A stretch of DNA of 64,000 nucleotides, taken from the NCBI RefSeq assembly GCF_018350175.1, contig NC_058383.1, forward strand, positions 25,980,001 through 26,044,000, read 5' to 3'. This document shows, one piece after another, positions 50,552 to 64,000 of the stretch. Position 1 is the stretch's first letter, and the number at the start of each line of letters is the position of its first letter. Source of the stretch: Felis catus. Taxonomy: Eukaryota. A program made the position numbers and the translations under genes. The notes beneath the pieces were generated by a model, which was not told the DNA's origin, ran no database searches, and saw nothing but the letters and a program-made list of their open reading frames with translations.

Positions 50552-51329
50552 GCCTATCACAAGGGTAGATGTGAAGAACAAATGAGATCTATTTCTTACG
50601 CAGTGCCTGGTACAAAAGTCTCACTATTAACGCTTAGTAGAAGAAGTAAGATCAGGAGGAGGAGGAGTGGAAGGGCCACAGGATTAAAACTGGGATGGCT
50701 TGATGTCAGTCTTGACTGTCATTAATTGCGCAATTCACTTCACCGCTCCTGGCCTCGGTTTCCTCATCTCTAAAATGAAAGAATCATTAAAATCCCCTCC
50801 ACCTTTATAATTCGATTGTGCGTCTTTTGCTATGCTCTTTCATTCCCTCAGAATCTGAAAAATCCTTCTAAAGTCGATTGAATTCAATCTCTTGAGATAA
50901 TACTTATCGACGAAGGCTGTTGTGAGAATAAATGAGATAATGCATAAGACAAACGTTTGCTGGCACAGAACCTGGAACATGGTAAGCGCTCTACAAATGT
51001 GAGCTGTACTCCCTAAGCACTATTTTCCACCCCCGCCCGTCCCCCCACGAGAATGTAAACCCCAGGAGAGCAGAGACCCTGTTGGTCCTGTTCATTCTTG
51101 TATCCTGAGCGCCTGGACTGTTGTTTGCACATCCTGAATTGAATAAATAAGTAGTCTAAGTGTCCTGCCCCTGCAAGGCTTCCTGGGCAGTTTCCTCAAG
51201 GGCAGAATGAAGAGTCACTAAGATCCCTTCCAGCTGTACAACCATGAGACCGCTTTTGTATCCCACCCGCTTCTGGAGTCTGAAAACCTTGGTTGAGGTC
51301 TCAACCCCGGAATAATCCAAAGCTATTTT

Positions 51330-51588
51330 GGAACGTGAGCCTAGCGCCTGGGTCCACCTTCGTTGCCATGGCAGCGGTTCCGCCCCCGAGCTCTGCAGAT
51401 CCCCCACCCTGATTGGCTGAACAGCTGCCTCCCTCTCCGGATGGGGCCGCCGCCGCCATTGTGCGGCGCTGGTCCCCTAAGAGGGTTCCCTCTGCGGCGA
51501 GTGTCTTGGGCTTTCGCCCTCGCTTCTCGCTTTTATCCGGGAGCCCGGCGGGTCCGGGACTCCCGTCCGTGCCGGTGCGGGCGCCGGC
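51330..51588 (+). promoter_or_regulatory. GDE1 CpG-island promoter / 5'UTR with GC box and inverted CCAAT
   Basis: CCGCCC at ~51380, GATTGG at 51411, and a CpG-rich run into the ATG. Confidence 0.7.
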
Positions 51589-51849
51589 ATGTGGCTGTGG
51601 GAGGAACAGGGGGGCCTCCTGGGCCCCTTCTCCTTCCTGCTACTGCTGCTCCTGCTGGTAACGCGTAGTCCCTTCAATGCCTGCCTCTTCACCGGCAGCC
51701 TCTACCTCTTGCTGCGCCTGTTCAGCTTTGAGCCTGTGCCCTCCCGCAGAGCCCTGCAGGTGCTCAAGCCGCGGGACCGCGTTTCCGCCATCGCTCACCG
51801 CGGCGGCAGCCACGACGCGCCCGAGAACACGCTGGCGGCCATTCGGCTG
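51589..51849 (+). CDS. GDE1: GDE1 exon 1 (87 codons; hydrophobic N-terminal segments and start of the GDPD domain, IAHRGGSHDAPENTLAAIR)
   Basis: MWLWEEQGGLLGPFSFLLL N-terminus; HRG...PENT glycerophosphodiesterase motif; CTG|gtgagt donor. Confidence 0.97.
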
Positions 51850-53250
51850 GTGAGTCCCCCACGCTTCGCGCCCCCCACCCCCGCCCCTCCTGGGAGGTTG
51901 TACTTCTGCTTGACCTTCCGAAGGTTCTCCAGTATTCTCATGATACCTTTCGTACACAGGGAATATATCCCAGTGGCCGTCTATCCCTCTGAAGTCAGAA
52001 ATCTCCCAACTTATTTATATCACACAGCAAATACCTACATATTTGCTATATGCCAGGCACTGAGGACACGCTCCTAAACAAGACAGAAAGGGCCTCGGCT
52101 TTCACAGAGCTTGCGCTGAGATGGGGAAAATCCGCCTTAAACAACACACAAGTGAGATACTTTAAGAGAGTGAAAAGTGTAATGAAGAAATAGGGTCGCG
52201 GGATAAGGAATGACTGGGAAGAGGACTTGGGCTATTTTGGATAGAGTAATCAGAAAAATCCTCTCAGAAGACCTGTCTTGAGCTGCAGCTGGGATTGTGA
52301 GAAGGAGCCAGCCTTAGATCTAGGAGAAATGTGTTCCAGGAAAGGAGAACAGCGAGTGCAAAAGCCGGGAGGTGGGGACGATGTTGGAACGTTCAGGTAA
52401 GAGACTATACACTATGTGATCTGACTTCAAGGAACAAGAACAAAGACTGGCAAATGAAGCAGGACATGTGGCCAGATTAAGTACAGTCTCTGGCAGTAGT
52501 TGAGTTTATTCTAAATGGATCATATTCACAGGAGCTGTGTTTGCTTGTCCTCCAAATTATCTCTCTCCTTATCACCTTTTTCTCCAGACACACAGTTTAT
52601 GCCAGACAGCCCCGGCAGCTGGACTCCTGATCCAATTTCTGCCTCTTGTTCACAAGCTCTCCTGAGACTCTTGCTCCCTCCAAGCTCCTGGCAGTCTCCC
52701 TCCTGACTTCATAATGATAGTTTGCATAGTAAGAGAGATTTACACTTATACAGGCGCTTTTGCATCTGTGGAAGTACATCTCTTCCTCACATTTCTTTGA
52801 GAGATTCTTTTAACACTGAATGGGTAGGAAAACTGACTCAAACACATGCAGCTCCTTCTAGAATTCAGCCTTCTGGTTACAAGACCCAGTGCTTTTCTTT
52901 GTCAGAGATTAGACCGTGTTCCGGGATGTAAAAACTTGGACTCGCTATCTAGCTAGGGACAGACAGTATTACATAACGAGCAAGTTACTTAAGCTTTTGT
53001 GTCCCAATCGGAGTCCCCAGTAGGGTGTGGAAACAAGACACCATCAGGGCACCTTTCTTCACTCTACCCTTCCCGCATGACTTCAGTTTCCCTATCTGTA
53101 AAATGGGAGTGATACTGGTATCCACCTAATAGGCGATATAATTCAGTGAGGTAGTCCACAGAAAGTGCTTGGCCCATGATAACCTCCACAAATGTAAGCT
53201 CTTTAGGCCAATAATCTCAAGATGGCCTTCATTTTCAAAATCAGCTCAGT

Positions 53251-53470
53251 GGGGCGCCTGGGTGGCTCAGTCGGTTAAGTGTCCGACTTCGGCTCAGGTC
53301 ATGATCTCGCAGTCCGTGAGTTCGAGCCCCGCATCGGGCTCTGTGCTGACAGCTCAGAGCCTGGAGCCTGCTTCGGATTCTGTGTCTCCCTCTCTCTCTG
53401 ACCCTCCCCCATTCATGCTCTGTCTCTCTCTGTCTCAAAAATAAATAAACATTAAAAAAAAATTTTTTTT
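53251..53470 (+). mobile_element. Young SINEC_Fc-type SINE
   Basis: CpGs intact; TSD AAATCAGCTCAGT at 53238-53250 and 53471-53483. Confidence 0.95.
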
Positions 53471-55638
53471 AAATCAGCTCAGTGTAAATGTAAAAAATTT
53501 TAAGTTTGAAGAAGGAAGGGGGTCAGGAAGGCAGCTTTTAATTTAGTGGAGGACACCTGACTCTGTGTTAGTAAACCAAGTTAGACTTCTCTTATGCTTC
53601 TTTCCCCTTGGTTCTTTATGTGGCTTTTGTTTGTTTTTGTTTTGTTTTTTTTAGTAATCTCTACACCCAACGTGGGGCTCAAGCTCACAACCCCGAGATC
53701 AAGTAGCATGCTCTACCGACAGAGTCATCCAGGTGATTTAATATCTTTCTATTTATTTTTAAATAGAAAGCTAGAAAAGGTGCTCTGTCTCCCTTCCATC
53801 ACAAAGAACCAAGGGAAGGGGCGCTTGGCTGGCTCATTTGGAAGCATGCGACTCTTGATCTCAAGGTTGTGAGTTCCAGTCCCATGCTGGATGTAGAGAT
53901 TACTTTAAAATACTGGGATGCCTGGGTGGCTCAGTTAGTTAAGCATCCGACTTTGGCTCAGGTCATGATCTCACAGTTGGTGAGTTTGAGCCCCGCATCG
54001 GGCTCTGTGCTGACACCTCAGAGTCTAGAGCCTGGAGCCTACTTCAAATTCTGTGTCTCCCTCTCTCTTTGCCCCCTCCCCTTCTCATGCTCTTTCTCTC
54101 TCCCTCAAAAATAAATAAACATTAAAATAAATAAATAAATAAAATCCTTAAAAATAAATAAAAATAAATAAATATAAAGATATTGAAGAATGTATTTTAC
54201 ATTCTGTCTTACACTCAAATAGGTCAGGTGAAGTAACATAGTTATACAGGAGAATTGTCATGAAAAGAAAGATAATTATAAGGAAAAAAGTACATAATTG
54301 CCATTGGCTTCCATTTCAACTAACCTTTATGTAAGTTGCCTTAAAGTATAACTCAGTGTTAATTGAACACAGAAGGCATTCCTAAGTATTTATCAATGAT
54401 GTAGTGGTTTGGCCAGGAACACATTTGACTGAATATTAATCATATTAAACGAGGAAGTATGTATGTGAAATACACATACACATACAGTGTTTCATATCCT
54501 GTTGTGTTCTAAGGGAATTATAGTAATTTCCATTCATGTTTGGGTTGTGCATATCTTTAATATGTGTAATAAACATTGTGCCAAGTTGATTCCTGGTCTT
54601 AAGAGGAAATGAATTGTGTTAGTTCAACTTGTTTGAATATCGATGAACTTTTTATCTATAACAAAATTTAGCTGCTGAATGCAGACTGCAGAAGATAAAG
54701 TCGAATCCTCTCTCAGCTTCGAAAGGAACATGTAGTTTATTTCCATCAAAGTTTGTTTTTTGTCCTGTTCTTCCTCCCTTTGTATGTTTGCAGCTCATAA
54801 TTTATATTCTCAAGCATCTTACTATGTAAAAAATCAGGAAAGACATTCTGAGAATGGTAGAATTTCTGGTAGATTATAAAATTGATATAGAAGGAAAAAC
54901 TTGAGAGAAGTTAAATAAGTGTATTCCAAAAACAGATACATGATTATAAACAGTGACTGAGGAATTTGATTATACCCACAGTCCATTCTCTGCACGGGAG
55001 CCAGAGTGCAGCTTTAAAAGTATAAATCAGATTATGTCCAGCTCTTATTTACAATCCTCCACTGGTTCTCTACTGGAATTAAATAAAATTTGAACACCTT
55101 CTATCTTATATCTTTTTCAAAGCCCCTGTTCTCTGTTCCAGCCACCCTGGGTGCTTATTAGGATGCTTTTGGCTTCATGTAATAGAGACTCTAACTTCAA
55201 ACATCTCACACAATAAGAGGACTTAGTATCTCACATAACAAGAATATGTGGGAGAGGTGACTTCTAGGATGGTTTGTTCAGCTGTTCAATTTATGTTTTT
55301 TGAAAAAAACTTTTTAATATTTATTTATTTTGAGAGAGACAGAGTGAGAGTGGTGGAGGGGCAGAAAGAGGAGACACAGGATCTGAAGCAGCTGTCAGCA
55401 CAGCAGCAGGGCTCAAACTCACAAACTGCCAGATCATGACCTGAACCGAAGTCAGACACTCAACCAACTGAGCCACCCAGATGCCCCTCAGCTGTTCAAT
55501 TTGTAATCACGGGACTCAGGTTGTGTTGATCTGTCTGCTCTGCCATCTGCAGCATGTTTACTAGTCTTCCTCATTGCAGCCCCATTCTTACACATTACAC
55601 CATCCACTCTCAATCCCTCTTTCCCAGAAGCCTCCATC

Positions 55639-55695
<57 letters not shown>

Positions 55696-55931
55696 GAGGG
55701 TTTGGAATTAGTTCACTTACTCCAAACACAAGAGAAAGCTGAAAAATGGGGCAAGAATAGGTCTACGAGCAGGGAAGAAGGGGAATAGATTTGGGTACAC
55801 AGTCAACACTTTGTGACTCCATCCTACATTGTGGTCTTTCTATTATACTTGCTATTTCTTTTACTTGGAAACTCTTTGTATGGTTTTTCTCCCTTTGATC
55901 ATTAAGGCCTCAGCTCAGATGTCATATTCTT

Positions 55932-56134
55932 TTTTTTTTAATGTTTATTTTTTGACAGAGAGACAGCACGAGTAGGGGAGGGGCCAAAAGAGAGGGAGAC
56001 ACAGAATCCGAAGCAGGCTCCAGGCTCTGAGCTGTCAGCACAGAGCCCGACGCGGGGCTTGAACTCACAGACCGTGAGATCATGACCCTAAGCCGAAGTC
56101 GGACGCTCAACAGACTGAGCCACCCAGGCGCCCC
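55932..56134 (-). mobile_element. Young SINEC_Fc-type SINE
   Basis: TSD CTCAGATGTCATATTCTT at ~55914 and ~56134. Confidence 0.93.
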
Positions 56135-56429
56135 TCAGATGTCATATTCTTAGGCCTTCCTTGGCGGCCTTGTCTAGTGACCCTCACCTGCCTTAACCTT
56201 CACATTACTCTCTGTTTTCTTTTTCAAAACATTTGTCACCATCATTATTTACATGTAACATGTTTGTAATCTGTTTCTCCCTACTGAAATATAAGATCCA
56301 TAATCCTTTCCTTTCTTGTTCACCACTGTCTCCTCACTTCTTAAAACAGTACCTCCTATCTCATAGGCACTCAGTAAGTATTTGTTGGTAGGATTGTGAT
56401 GTATTAATACCCAATAAATCCATAAGAAT

Positions 56430-57530
56430 AGATACTCAACATTATCAGCCATCAGGAAAATAGAAATCAAAGCCACAATGAAATACCTATTAGGGTGGCT
56501 ATAACAGACAGACAATAACAAGTTTCGACAAGGTTGTGGAGAAATTGGAACCTTCATACACTACCAGTGGGGCAAACAGTCTGGCAGTTCCTTAAAAGGT
56601 TAAACATAGAGTTATAGTCTTAAAACATACATCATGCAAAAACTTGTTCGTAGATTATTCAAACAACAGAAATATCCATCAGCTGGTGAATGGATAAATA
56701 AAATGTGATATGTCCATACAATGGAATAGTATTTGGCAAGAAAAAAGAATGATGTCCTGATACATATTACAACATGAATGAACCTTAGAAACATACTAAG
56801 TGAGGGGTGCTTGGGTGGCTCAGTCAGTTAAGCATCTGACTTCGTCCGACTTCGGCTCAGGTCATGATCTCCTGATTTGTCAGTTCAAGCCCCACATCCA
56901 GCCCTGTGCTGACAGCTCGGAGCCTGGGAACCTGCTTTAGGTTCTGTCTCCCTCTCTCTCTCTCTTCCCTTCCCCTGCTGGTGGCGCTCTGTCTCTCTCT
57001 CAAAAATAAACATTAAAAAGAAAAGAAACATGTTAAGTGAAAAAAGCCAGTCACAGATGACTGCATATTATATAATTCTATTAAATAAAATGTTTAGGGG
57101 TACCTGGGTGGCTCATCCTGTTTAGCATTTGACCCTTGATTTGGGCCCATGGTTTGTGAGATCGAGTCCTGCATCAGGCTTTGTGCTGACAGAACATGGA
57201 ACCTGCTTGGGATTCTCTCTCCCTCTTTCTCTACCCCTCCCCTGCTCATGTGCTCACTGTCTCTCTCTCTCTCTCTCTCTCTCACCCTCTGTCTCTCTTT
57301 CTATCCCAAAATAAGTAAACCTTTAAAAAATAATAAAAATAAATAAATAAAGTATCTAGAATGGGCAAATCCATAGAGATAGAGGGACTTAGAGGGGTCG
57401 GGAATGTGGATTGCTAATGGACACACGGTTTCTTTTTGAGGTGATGAAAATGTTCTAAAATTGTGGTGATGGTTGCACAGCTCTGTGAATATAATAAAAA
57501 CCACTGAATTGTACATGGATGAATTATACA
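56430..57530 (+). mobile_element. Old L1 3' end interrupted by two CAN-SINEs (~56803-57020 and ~57097-57350)
   Basis: GAATGGATAAATAAAATGTG and GGTGATGAAAATGTTCTAAAATT..GTGATGGTTGCACA motifs typical of L1M 3' ends. Confidence 0.75.
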
Positions 57531-57984
57531 CCAAAAAACACTCTGCCGTTCCGTGTTTTAGTAGTGGAATCTGTGGTTTTCATTATCAGTCAACACAAAT
57601 GAAGTTCTTTAAGTGAAGTTACAGTATAGTGATGGATATTTAAAACGTACTTTTCAATGAAACAGTTAAAAAGTCATATAAGTATAATGAATTTGTTAAA
57701 GCAAATAGTTTTAAAACCAACTTTATCAAAGTATAATTTACATTAATAAAAGAGACATTTTCATTGTACAGTTTGATTAGTTTTGATAAATACATACACC
57801 TGGGTAACCACTATCTTAATCTATATCCATCACCCCAGAAAGTTCCTTCGTGCTCTCTTTGGAGTTAATCCCCCACTCACCCCTCTGCCCCAAGGCAACT
57901 ATTGATCTGATTGCTATTACTATACTACACTGTGCTATTCTATTACTTAAACTATTAGTATAATTTTAAAATAAATTATTTCAT

Positions 57985-58222
57985 TTTATTTTTTTTTTAA
58001 GATTTTTTTTTTTTAATGTCTATTCATTTTTGAGAGAGAGACAGGGCGAGAGAGAGCATGAGCAGGGGAGGGCAGAGAGAGAGGGGGACACAGAATCCAA
58101 AGCGGACTCCAGGCTCTGAGCTGTCAGCACAGAGCCCGACGCGGGGCTCAAATTCATGGACTGTGAGATCATGATCTGAGCCGAAGTCGGACGCTCAACC
58201 GACTGAGCCACCCAGGCGCCCC
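57985..58222 (-). mobile_element. SINEC_Fc-type SINE (similar copies at ~12475, 15000, 31323, 32417, 35514, 38239, 43646, 44649, 53915, 55311 and 61588)
   Basis: Reverse-complement SINE with TSD TAAATTATTTCATTTTA. Confidence 0.9.
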
Positions 58223-60599
58223 TAAATTATTTCATTTTAAATAAAATTTATTTTATTTTTAATTTTTTAAAATAAATACATTTAACATAAAATAAAGTTT
58301 TAATAAAATTGCAATGTTTTTATAAACTTGTTTATGTGAAATTTAATGTTTTTGTGTGAAATTTTATGTGAATGTTTTATGTGAAATTTTGTATGTATAG
58401 AAGAAAAGATACTATTATAAAGTATTGTTATAAATGAAAAGATGAGTACGAATTATATACTGATACATGAATTAGAATCAGGAGCTTACCTTTTGCCTCT
58501 GTATCTGGAATAACATAAAAGTCCTGGTAAAGAAAGTTGAATGCAGCCATTAGAAGATCTGGTCTGAGAAACTCTAATATGGTGATTCTTTTATAAAGCT
58601 TTTGTTTGGGCCTTCATAAACTACTTAGAAAAGACAAATAAATGAACTCATTAGTTCTAGTAATCTTGCTAAGATACAATGTCTCCCCATTGTTATTTCT
58701 TGTATTGCAACTAAATAAAGATGGCCCTAATGAATACAGATATAATTGAACCTAATTATAGTGCCCGCCTCAAGGACTAAGGAGAACATTTGTGTCACAG
58801 TGAGACAGTTGCACTGTGAATACTGAAAATGTCATCTTGTTTTATGTCATAAATGATATAATCCATATTGATTTCCCAATGTACTATTGTCTTTAATTTA
58901 GAAAAGATATCTTTTAATCTTATAAAACGATAAACTTTTTAACCAGTATAAGATGTAATCATTATTGTAATGGCTTTTTCTCTGAGATGTGTTTTCTGAA
59001 TCAAAACTTATGTTGAGAGCCAACCTCGAGCCAGGCACCAAGCTTGGTAATTTACATGCATTCTTTCTAAATCTTCACAACTCTTAGGATCATTAGAAAA
59101 GTATCATCTTAAAAAGGATGAAACTGAGCTCAGAGTATGATAAGTAACTAGATGACACAGCCAGTGAGTGATAGAATTGGGATTTTTAGATGGGGAAAAT
59201 CTTGGTCATAATGTGGACGTCAAACTTTGAAGCTTAGAAGAAAATTTAGTTGTGTTATATCTTTATAAATGTAGGAAAGGATTTAAATAAGTTAGAATAA
59301 TCTATGCCCATAAAGGACATGACTGATAAATTCAACCATGTTACAATTAAAAATGTGTTAAAAAGAACACAATAAATAGCAACGGCTAACATTTATTGAA
59401 TGTCTACTGTGCACTGGTACAGAGTTGTACACCATTTTCCAGGTACTTAATTGTAATTATGTATGTAGCAAATACATAAAGACCTATAAGGGAATGGCAC
59501 AGGAATGATGCACATCAACTTGAAGATGGAGAAGAAGGGGGAGAAATTTCACTCTATGTAGGGTCAGTAGTAAACATCTAGTGGTTAAGAGTACAGCCTC
59601 TACTGTGTCCTAGTTTGTACAACCCAGAGCAAGTTTCTTAATCTCTGTTTCTTCATCTGAAAATGAGAATATCAATAGTACCTACCCAAATATGGCAAGA
59701 ATCAAATGAGTTAATACATTTAAAGCACTTAGAATAGTGCCTGACTATATAGAAAAGGCTTATTAAATAGTAACTATTACTGTGTTTTAGGGCAGCAAGA
59801 GATAGAAGGAAATACGGCAAAATATTAACATCTGTGAAGTCTTTTTTGCTGTATACTGCTCTGGGTGTTTGTATAATTAATTTTTTTTTTTTTAATTTAA
59901 AATCTTGATCGTGGTGAGCATTTCATGTCTTCACTGTGACAAGCCAAGGAAGCAAATGTGGGCTAGCGTGTCTCAGAGGAGCGTGCTCAGGTTCTCTTTT
60001 TATATATTCTAATGTTCACGTTCTCTTTGTAGATAAATTCTAGTGTACCTTATCGTGCTTACCAGCTTGTTGGCCAACAGCCAGCTGCTCACATAAACAA
60101 ATGTAATGTCCCCTAGAAGCAGGCCTGGTGTTTCTGATACAGAAGGTAGAGTTAAACCAACAAAACCCTGGCTCATCCTGTTTATGCCGAAGTAGTGCAA
60201 TATACAGCTAATCAACAAACACAGGGTAATCAGAGATGCTGTACCGAACAGAGTGTAGGTAAACATGGAATTTGTCTAAATATTTGTAATTGTGAGCCAT
60301 TAATGGCCCAAAGAGTTAAAGCAACCAAAGAAAACTTAGTTCCAGAAACCTCTCCGTCTACTACCATGGGTGGGGAATTTGAAGTGTTTGAGGAATCCCT
60401 AAGTGTGCAGGTTGAAGGAAGGTTATATCATCTGGAAAAGTAGAAACTGGAACTGGATGGGTTGCTATTTGTTACAGGAAGGGGAAGGAATCGGTAAGAG
60501 AAGCTGTCTCCTTAGCTAGCCCTGTTGGTTGTCTGGAGCATTTAGATTGTAAAGTGACCTTGGCCACTTGCCATTAATATTGTTGATGTTTTTGTTAAG

Positions 60600-60775
60600 G
60601 CAGCTAAGAATGGAGCAACAGGTGTGGAGTTGGACATTGAGTTTACTTCCGACGGGATTCCTGTCTTAATGCATGATAACACAGTTGATAGGACGACCGA
60701 TGGTACTGGTCGATTGTGTGACTTGACGTTTGAACAAATTAGGAAGCTTAATCCTGCAGCAAATCACAGGTTAAG
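60600..60775 (+). CDS. GDE1: GDE1 exon 2 (176 nt; AAKNGATGVELDIEFTSDGIPVLMHDNTVDRTTDGTGRLCDLTFEQIRKLNPAANHRLR); gene continues beyond the window
   Basis: ttaag|GCA acceptor, AG|gtaagt donor; E-x-D and HD...RTT GDPD catalytic motifs. Confidence 0.97.
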
Positions 60776-61773
60776 GTAAGTGGTTCATTGTCACTTAAAT
60801 GTACCTTTCAGCTTTGTTGGAGATCACAGAAAGACACTGGCACCTTCTAATCACATCTTCTCCAGGAAAATTGTTTTGTTGTGTTTTGTTTTGAACTGTA
60901 TACAGGTTTCCCAAGTAATGAGCATGGTGCCAGAAACAACAGAAATAAGGCATGGATGTTTTTCATCTTTTCCCACTGAGGCCAAATTTGGCTTTGGAAT
61001 TATTCTCAAGACAATATCTAGTCACTAACATTACTAACATTAGACAATTACTCTGTACTGTGATATAAATTTTATGTATATAAAATATACATATATATAC
61101 AAAAAAATTATAAATATATATACTTATATGTATATATATTTATATATATATACACACACACATATATATATATATGTGTGTGTGTATATATATCAGAACT
61201 AGTCCTGTAAGATATTCCACAAGAAAAAAGTTCTGTGATTAACTCAGATCAAGCACTATACTCTAGATGTTCCCCTTGGGGACAGACAGTCCACATCAAC
61301 AATTCTTACCTTCACTTTAATGTTTCCCAAAAGTGAACGATCACAGAACCCACACCATTCCCACCATTAACGGCTATAAACACATTGGAATTAGTATACT
61401 GGGTAATAAACTTTGGAATGTGGTTATTTAAATCCCTCCCAAAATGTGTGTTCATTGTTACTCATCTTGTATCAGTTCTCTGGACAATGATCAATACTCC
61501 TTGAGTATTCAACCCAGTGATTATGTTATAGTCCTCTATAAAAGATTTAGACTTTATTTTCCTAGGATCTGAAAGAAATTACAAATAGGGGCACCAGAGT
61601 GGCTCAGTCGGTTGAGCATCCAACTTCGGCTCAGGTTATGATCTCACAGTTTGTGAGTTCGAACCTCACATCAGGCTCTGTGCTAACAGCTAGGAGCCTG
61701 AAACCTGTTTCTGATTCTGTGTCTCCCTCTCTTTCTGCCCCTCCCCTGTCTGCACTCTGTCTCTCTGTCTCTG

Positions 61774-61807
<34 letters not shown>

Positions 61808-62069
61808 AAATAAATAAATATTAAAAAAAAAAAGTCAAACAAAGGAAATTATACCTTAATCAAGAAAGAATATTGTTAATGGTTGAAAGTTCTAAGTGCA
61901 GGTTCTGGAATTGCTCTTTATTTCATTGTTCTGCTATATGCAAGAGAAAGGCAGGTTTTAATACTGCAGTGACATTGCAGCTAATAAGATGTTGGCTTCA
62001 AAGTCAACAATTAAAGGAAAAAATGCTTAGGGTCATCATCACCTTTAAAATCCTTTAAGGAGGTATGAT

Positions 62070-62760
62070 ATTGTGGATAGATCATCCAGGCAGAAAATCA
62101 ACAAGGAAACAGTCTTTGAACAACACGTTAGGTCAGATGGATATAACAGATACATGCAGAACATAACATCCAAAACAACAGAATATACATTCTTTCAAGT
62201 GCCCAGAGCCTTCTCTAGGATAGATCACACGTTAGACCACAAAACAAGCCTCGGTAAATTTAAGAAGATCATATCATGCATTTAAGAATTCATATCATGC
62301 ATCTTTTCTGACCATAATGGTATAAAACTAGAAATCAGTCACAAGAAAAAATTGGGAAATACACAGACATGTAGAGGCTAAATGACATGCTATTGAACAA
62401 CTCATGAGTCAACAAAGAAATCAAGGAAGAAATTTAAAAATATATGGAGACAGATGAAAACACAACAGTCCAAAATCTTTGGGACACAACAAAAGCAGTT
62501 CTAAGAGGGAAATTTATAGCAATACAGGTCTATCTCAAGAAAAAGAAAAATATCAAACAATCAAGCCTTACACTTAAAGGAACTAGCAAAAGAAGAACAA
62601 ACAAAGCTCAAGGTGAGTAGAAGGAAGGAAATAATAAACATCAGAGCAGAAACAAATGAACTAGAGACCAAAAAAACAAATAGAAAAGATCAATGAAACC
62701 AAAAGAGGATTCTTTGAAAAGATAAACAAAATTGATAAACTTTCAGCCAGAGTCATCAAA
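62070..62760 (+). mobile_element. Decayed L1 ORF2 fragment (endonuclease-distal region)
   Basis: DRSSRQKINKET and FSRIDHTLDHKTSL peptides; SDHNGIKLE-like sequence. Confidence 0.85.
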
Positions 62761-62919
62761 AATTACCTGTAATGATTCTGGAAATCCATAGAGGAGAGAA
62801 ACCACTGTTTGAAAATGTTGGAGTCTATCATGTAAGCTGCTACCCTGAAATAAAATCCAAATTCTGGATTCTAGAGAATGTCTATAATTACAAGGGGCTA
62901 AATGTAGGGCGACAAGTTT

Positions 62920-62951
<32 letters not shown>

Positions 62952-64000
62952 CAATGGCTAAATTCTTCATGATCATATTCCATAATTCTGTAAACTTTCC
63001 AAGTTAGAGAAGTTGAATGATTTGGCAGAGGGGGAGGGGAAGGCAGGGAGGAACCTTAGAAAAGTTTTACAATCCCCTTTAAGGCATTGCTCTAAGTCTT
63101 GATTTGCTAATTGACTTTCTGTATGTTAATAGGCTTGACTGTATTAATATACACATTAAATATATTAATTTGTTTTAGTGCTTTCACTTAATGGAACTAC
63201 AACAGAACATGTGTAGAAAACTATTCATTCGTTAACATGCCTAAAAAACGTTCACTTTTCCTTATACTCCAGTGCGTTCTAAAGAAAGGAATATGTGAAA
63301 AATTTTTAACTCACAAAAAACCTCTAGACAGAGAAGGAAAATCAAATGAGAAATATCCTCTGGGTAACCATCCCCCATTACTGTATTACACTACATCACT
63401 GTACATAGTTGTTTTTTTTGTTTTTTGGGGTGTTTTTTTCTAATCTGTAATGAAAAACAGACACTAAGAACTAATGAAACACCTTTCTAACTTCAGGGGG
63501 AAAAAGGTACGCACTTGGAGTCAGTATACCATCTCAATGTCTTTAACTCAGCCAGTCTATCCTACAGTTGGAACTTGTTGCATTTTCTTTGTTTGAACAC
63601 CAAATGAAGTAATAGGCTTGTGTTTAGGGACCATGTTGTAGGAAAAATAGGTATTTTCTCTAGAACTATCCTCAATGCTGTGAGAGGCTCATCGTGAGAA
63701 GGGGCATGGAAACTAAGACTGGCCAAAGGAATAGCAAATTCATGTCTCTTCTCTCACTCCCATGGAATAGGCATTGAGTAGAATGGCTGGCAGAATTGCC
63801 TATACTCTTTAAATTATCTTTTTTTTTTTTTTTAGCCAAGATACTACAGTTGAAATGATACGGTCGAATAAACATAAGTTAAATCGTGCAGAATGAAATT
63901 TCATTATCTGAGAAAAGATTTCTTACATATCAGGCACTTAACTTTCTTTTATCAGAAAATTATGTATAGAAGATTATTTTAAACAGTTGCACATAAGTGT

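Noticed and set aside
59930..60300. Repeat-free, complex-looking intronic stretch upstream of GDE1 exon 2 as an ncRNA or enhancer
   Set aside because: No snoRNA box pattern, hairpin or motif cluster that I can support without an alignment

Overview
Mammalian (felid, judged from abundant SINEC_Fc-type CAN-SINEs and carnivore L1) genomic DNA syntenic to human 16p12. It holds the first six coding exons of VPS35L (C16orf62; minus strand, ATG at 22218), the complete CCP110/CP110 gene (minus strand; 14 coding exons joined by hand into a 1009-aa ORF, 3'UTR to about 25400) and exons 1-2 of GDE1 (plus strand, ATG at 51589), head-to-head with CCP110. The introns carry many CAN-SINEs, L1 fragments, MER21-like and MaLR LTRs, hAT relics and one intact solo LTR. 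The most unusual feature is a ~0.9 kb degenerate repeat-spacer array (about 14 good and 3 decayed copies of GCCATGATTGTGAGGGGC, period 41-48 bp, often followed by an ACTTCCG-like motif) directly upstream of VPS35L. It looks like a tandem composite transcription-factor module (YY1-like, THAP-like and ETS), not a CRISPR. Other notable items are an L1 with an apparent 3' transduction, a SINE carrying a templated copy of nearby DNA, a dual-reading-frame terminal CCP110 exon, and three miR-129-3p seed sites in the CCP110 3'UTR. Gene and repeat-family names come from recall of known sequences, not from database searches. Repeat boundaries without a TSD are approximate.
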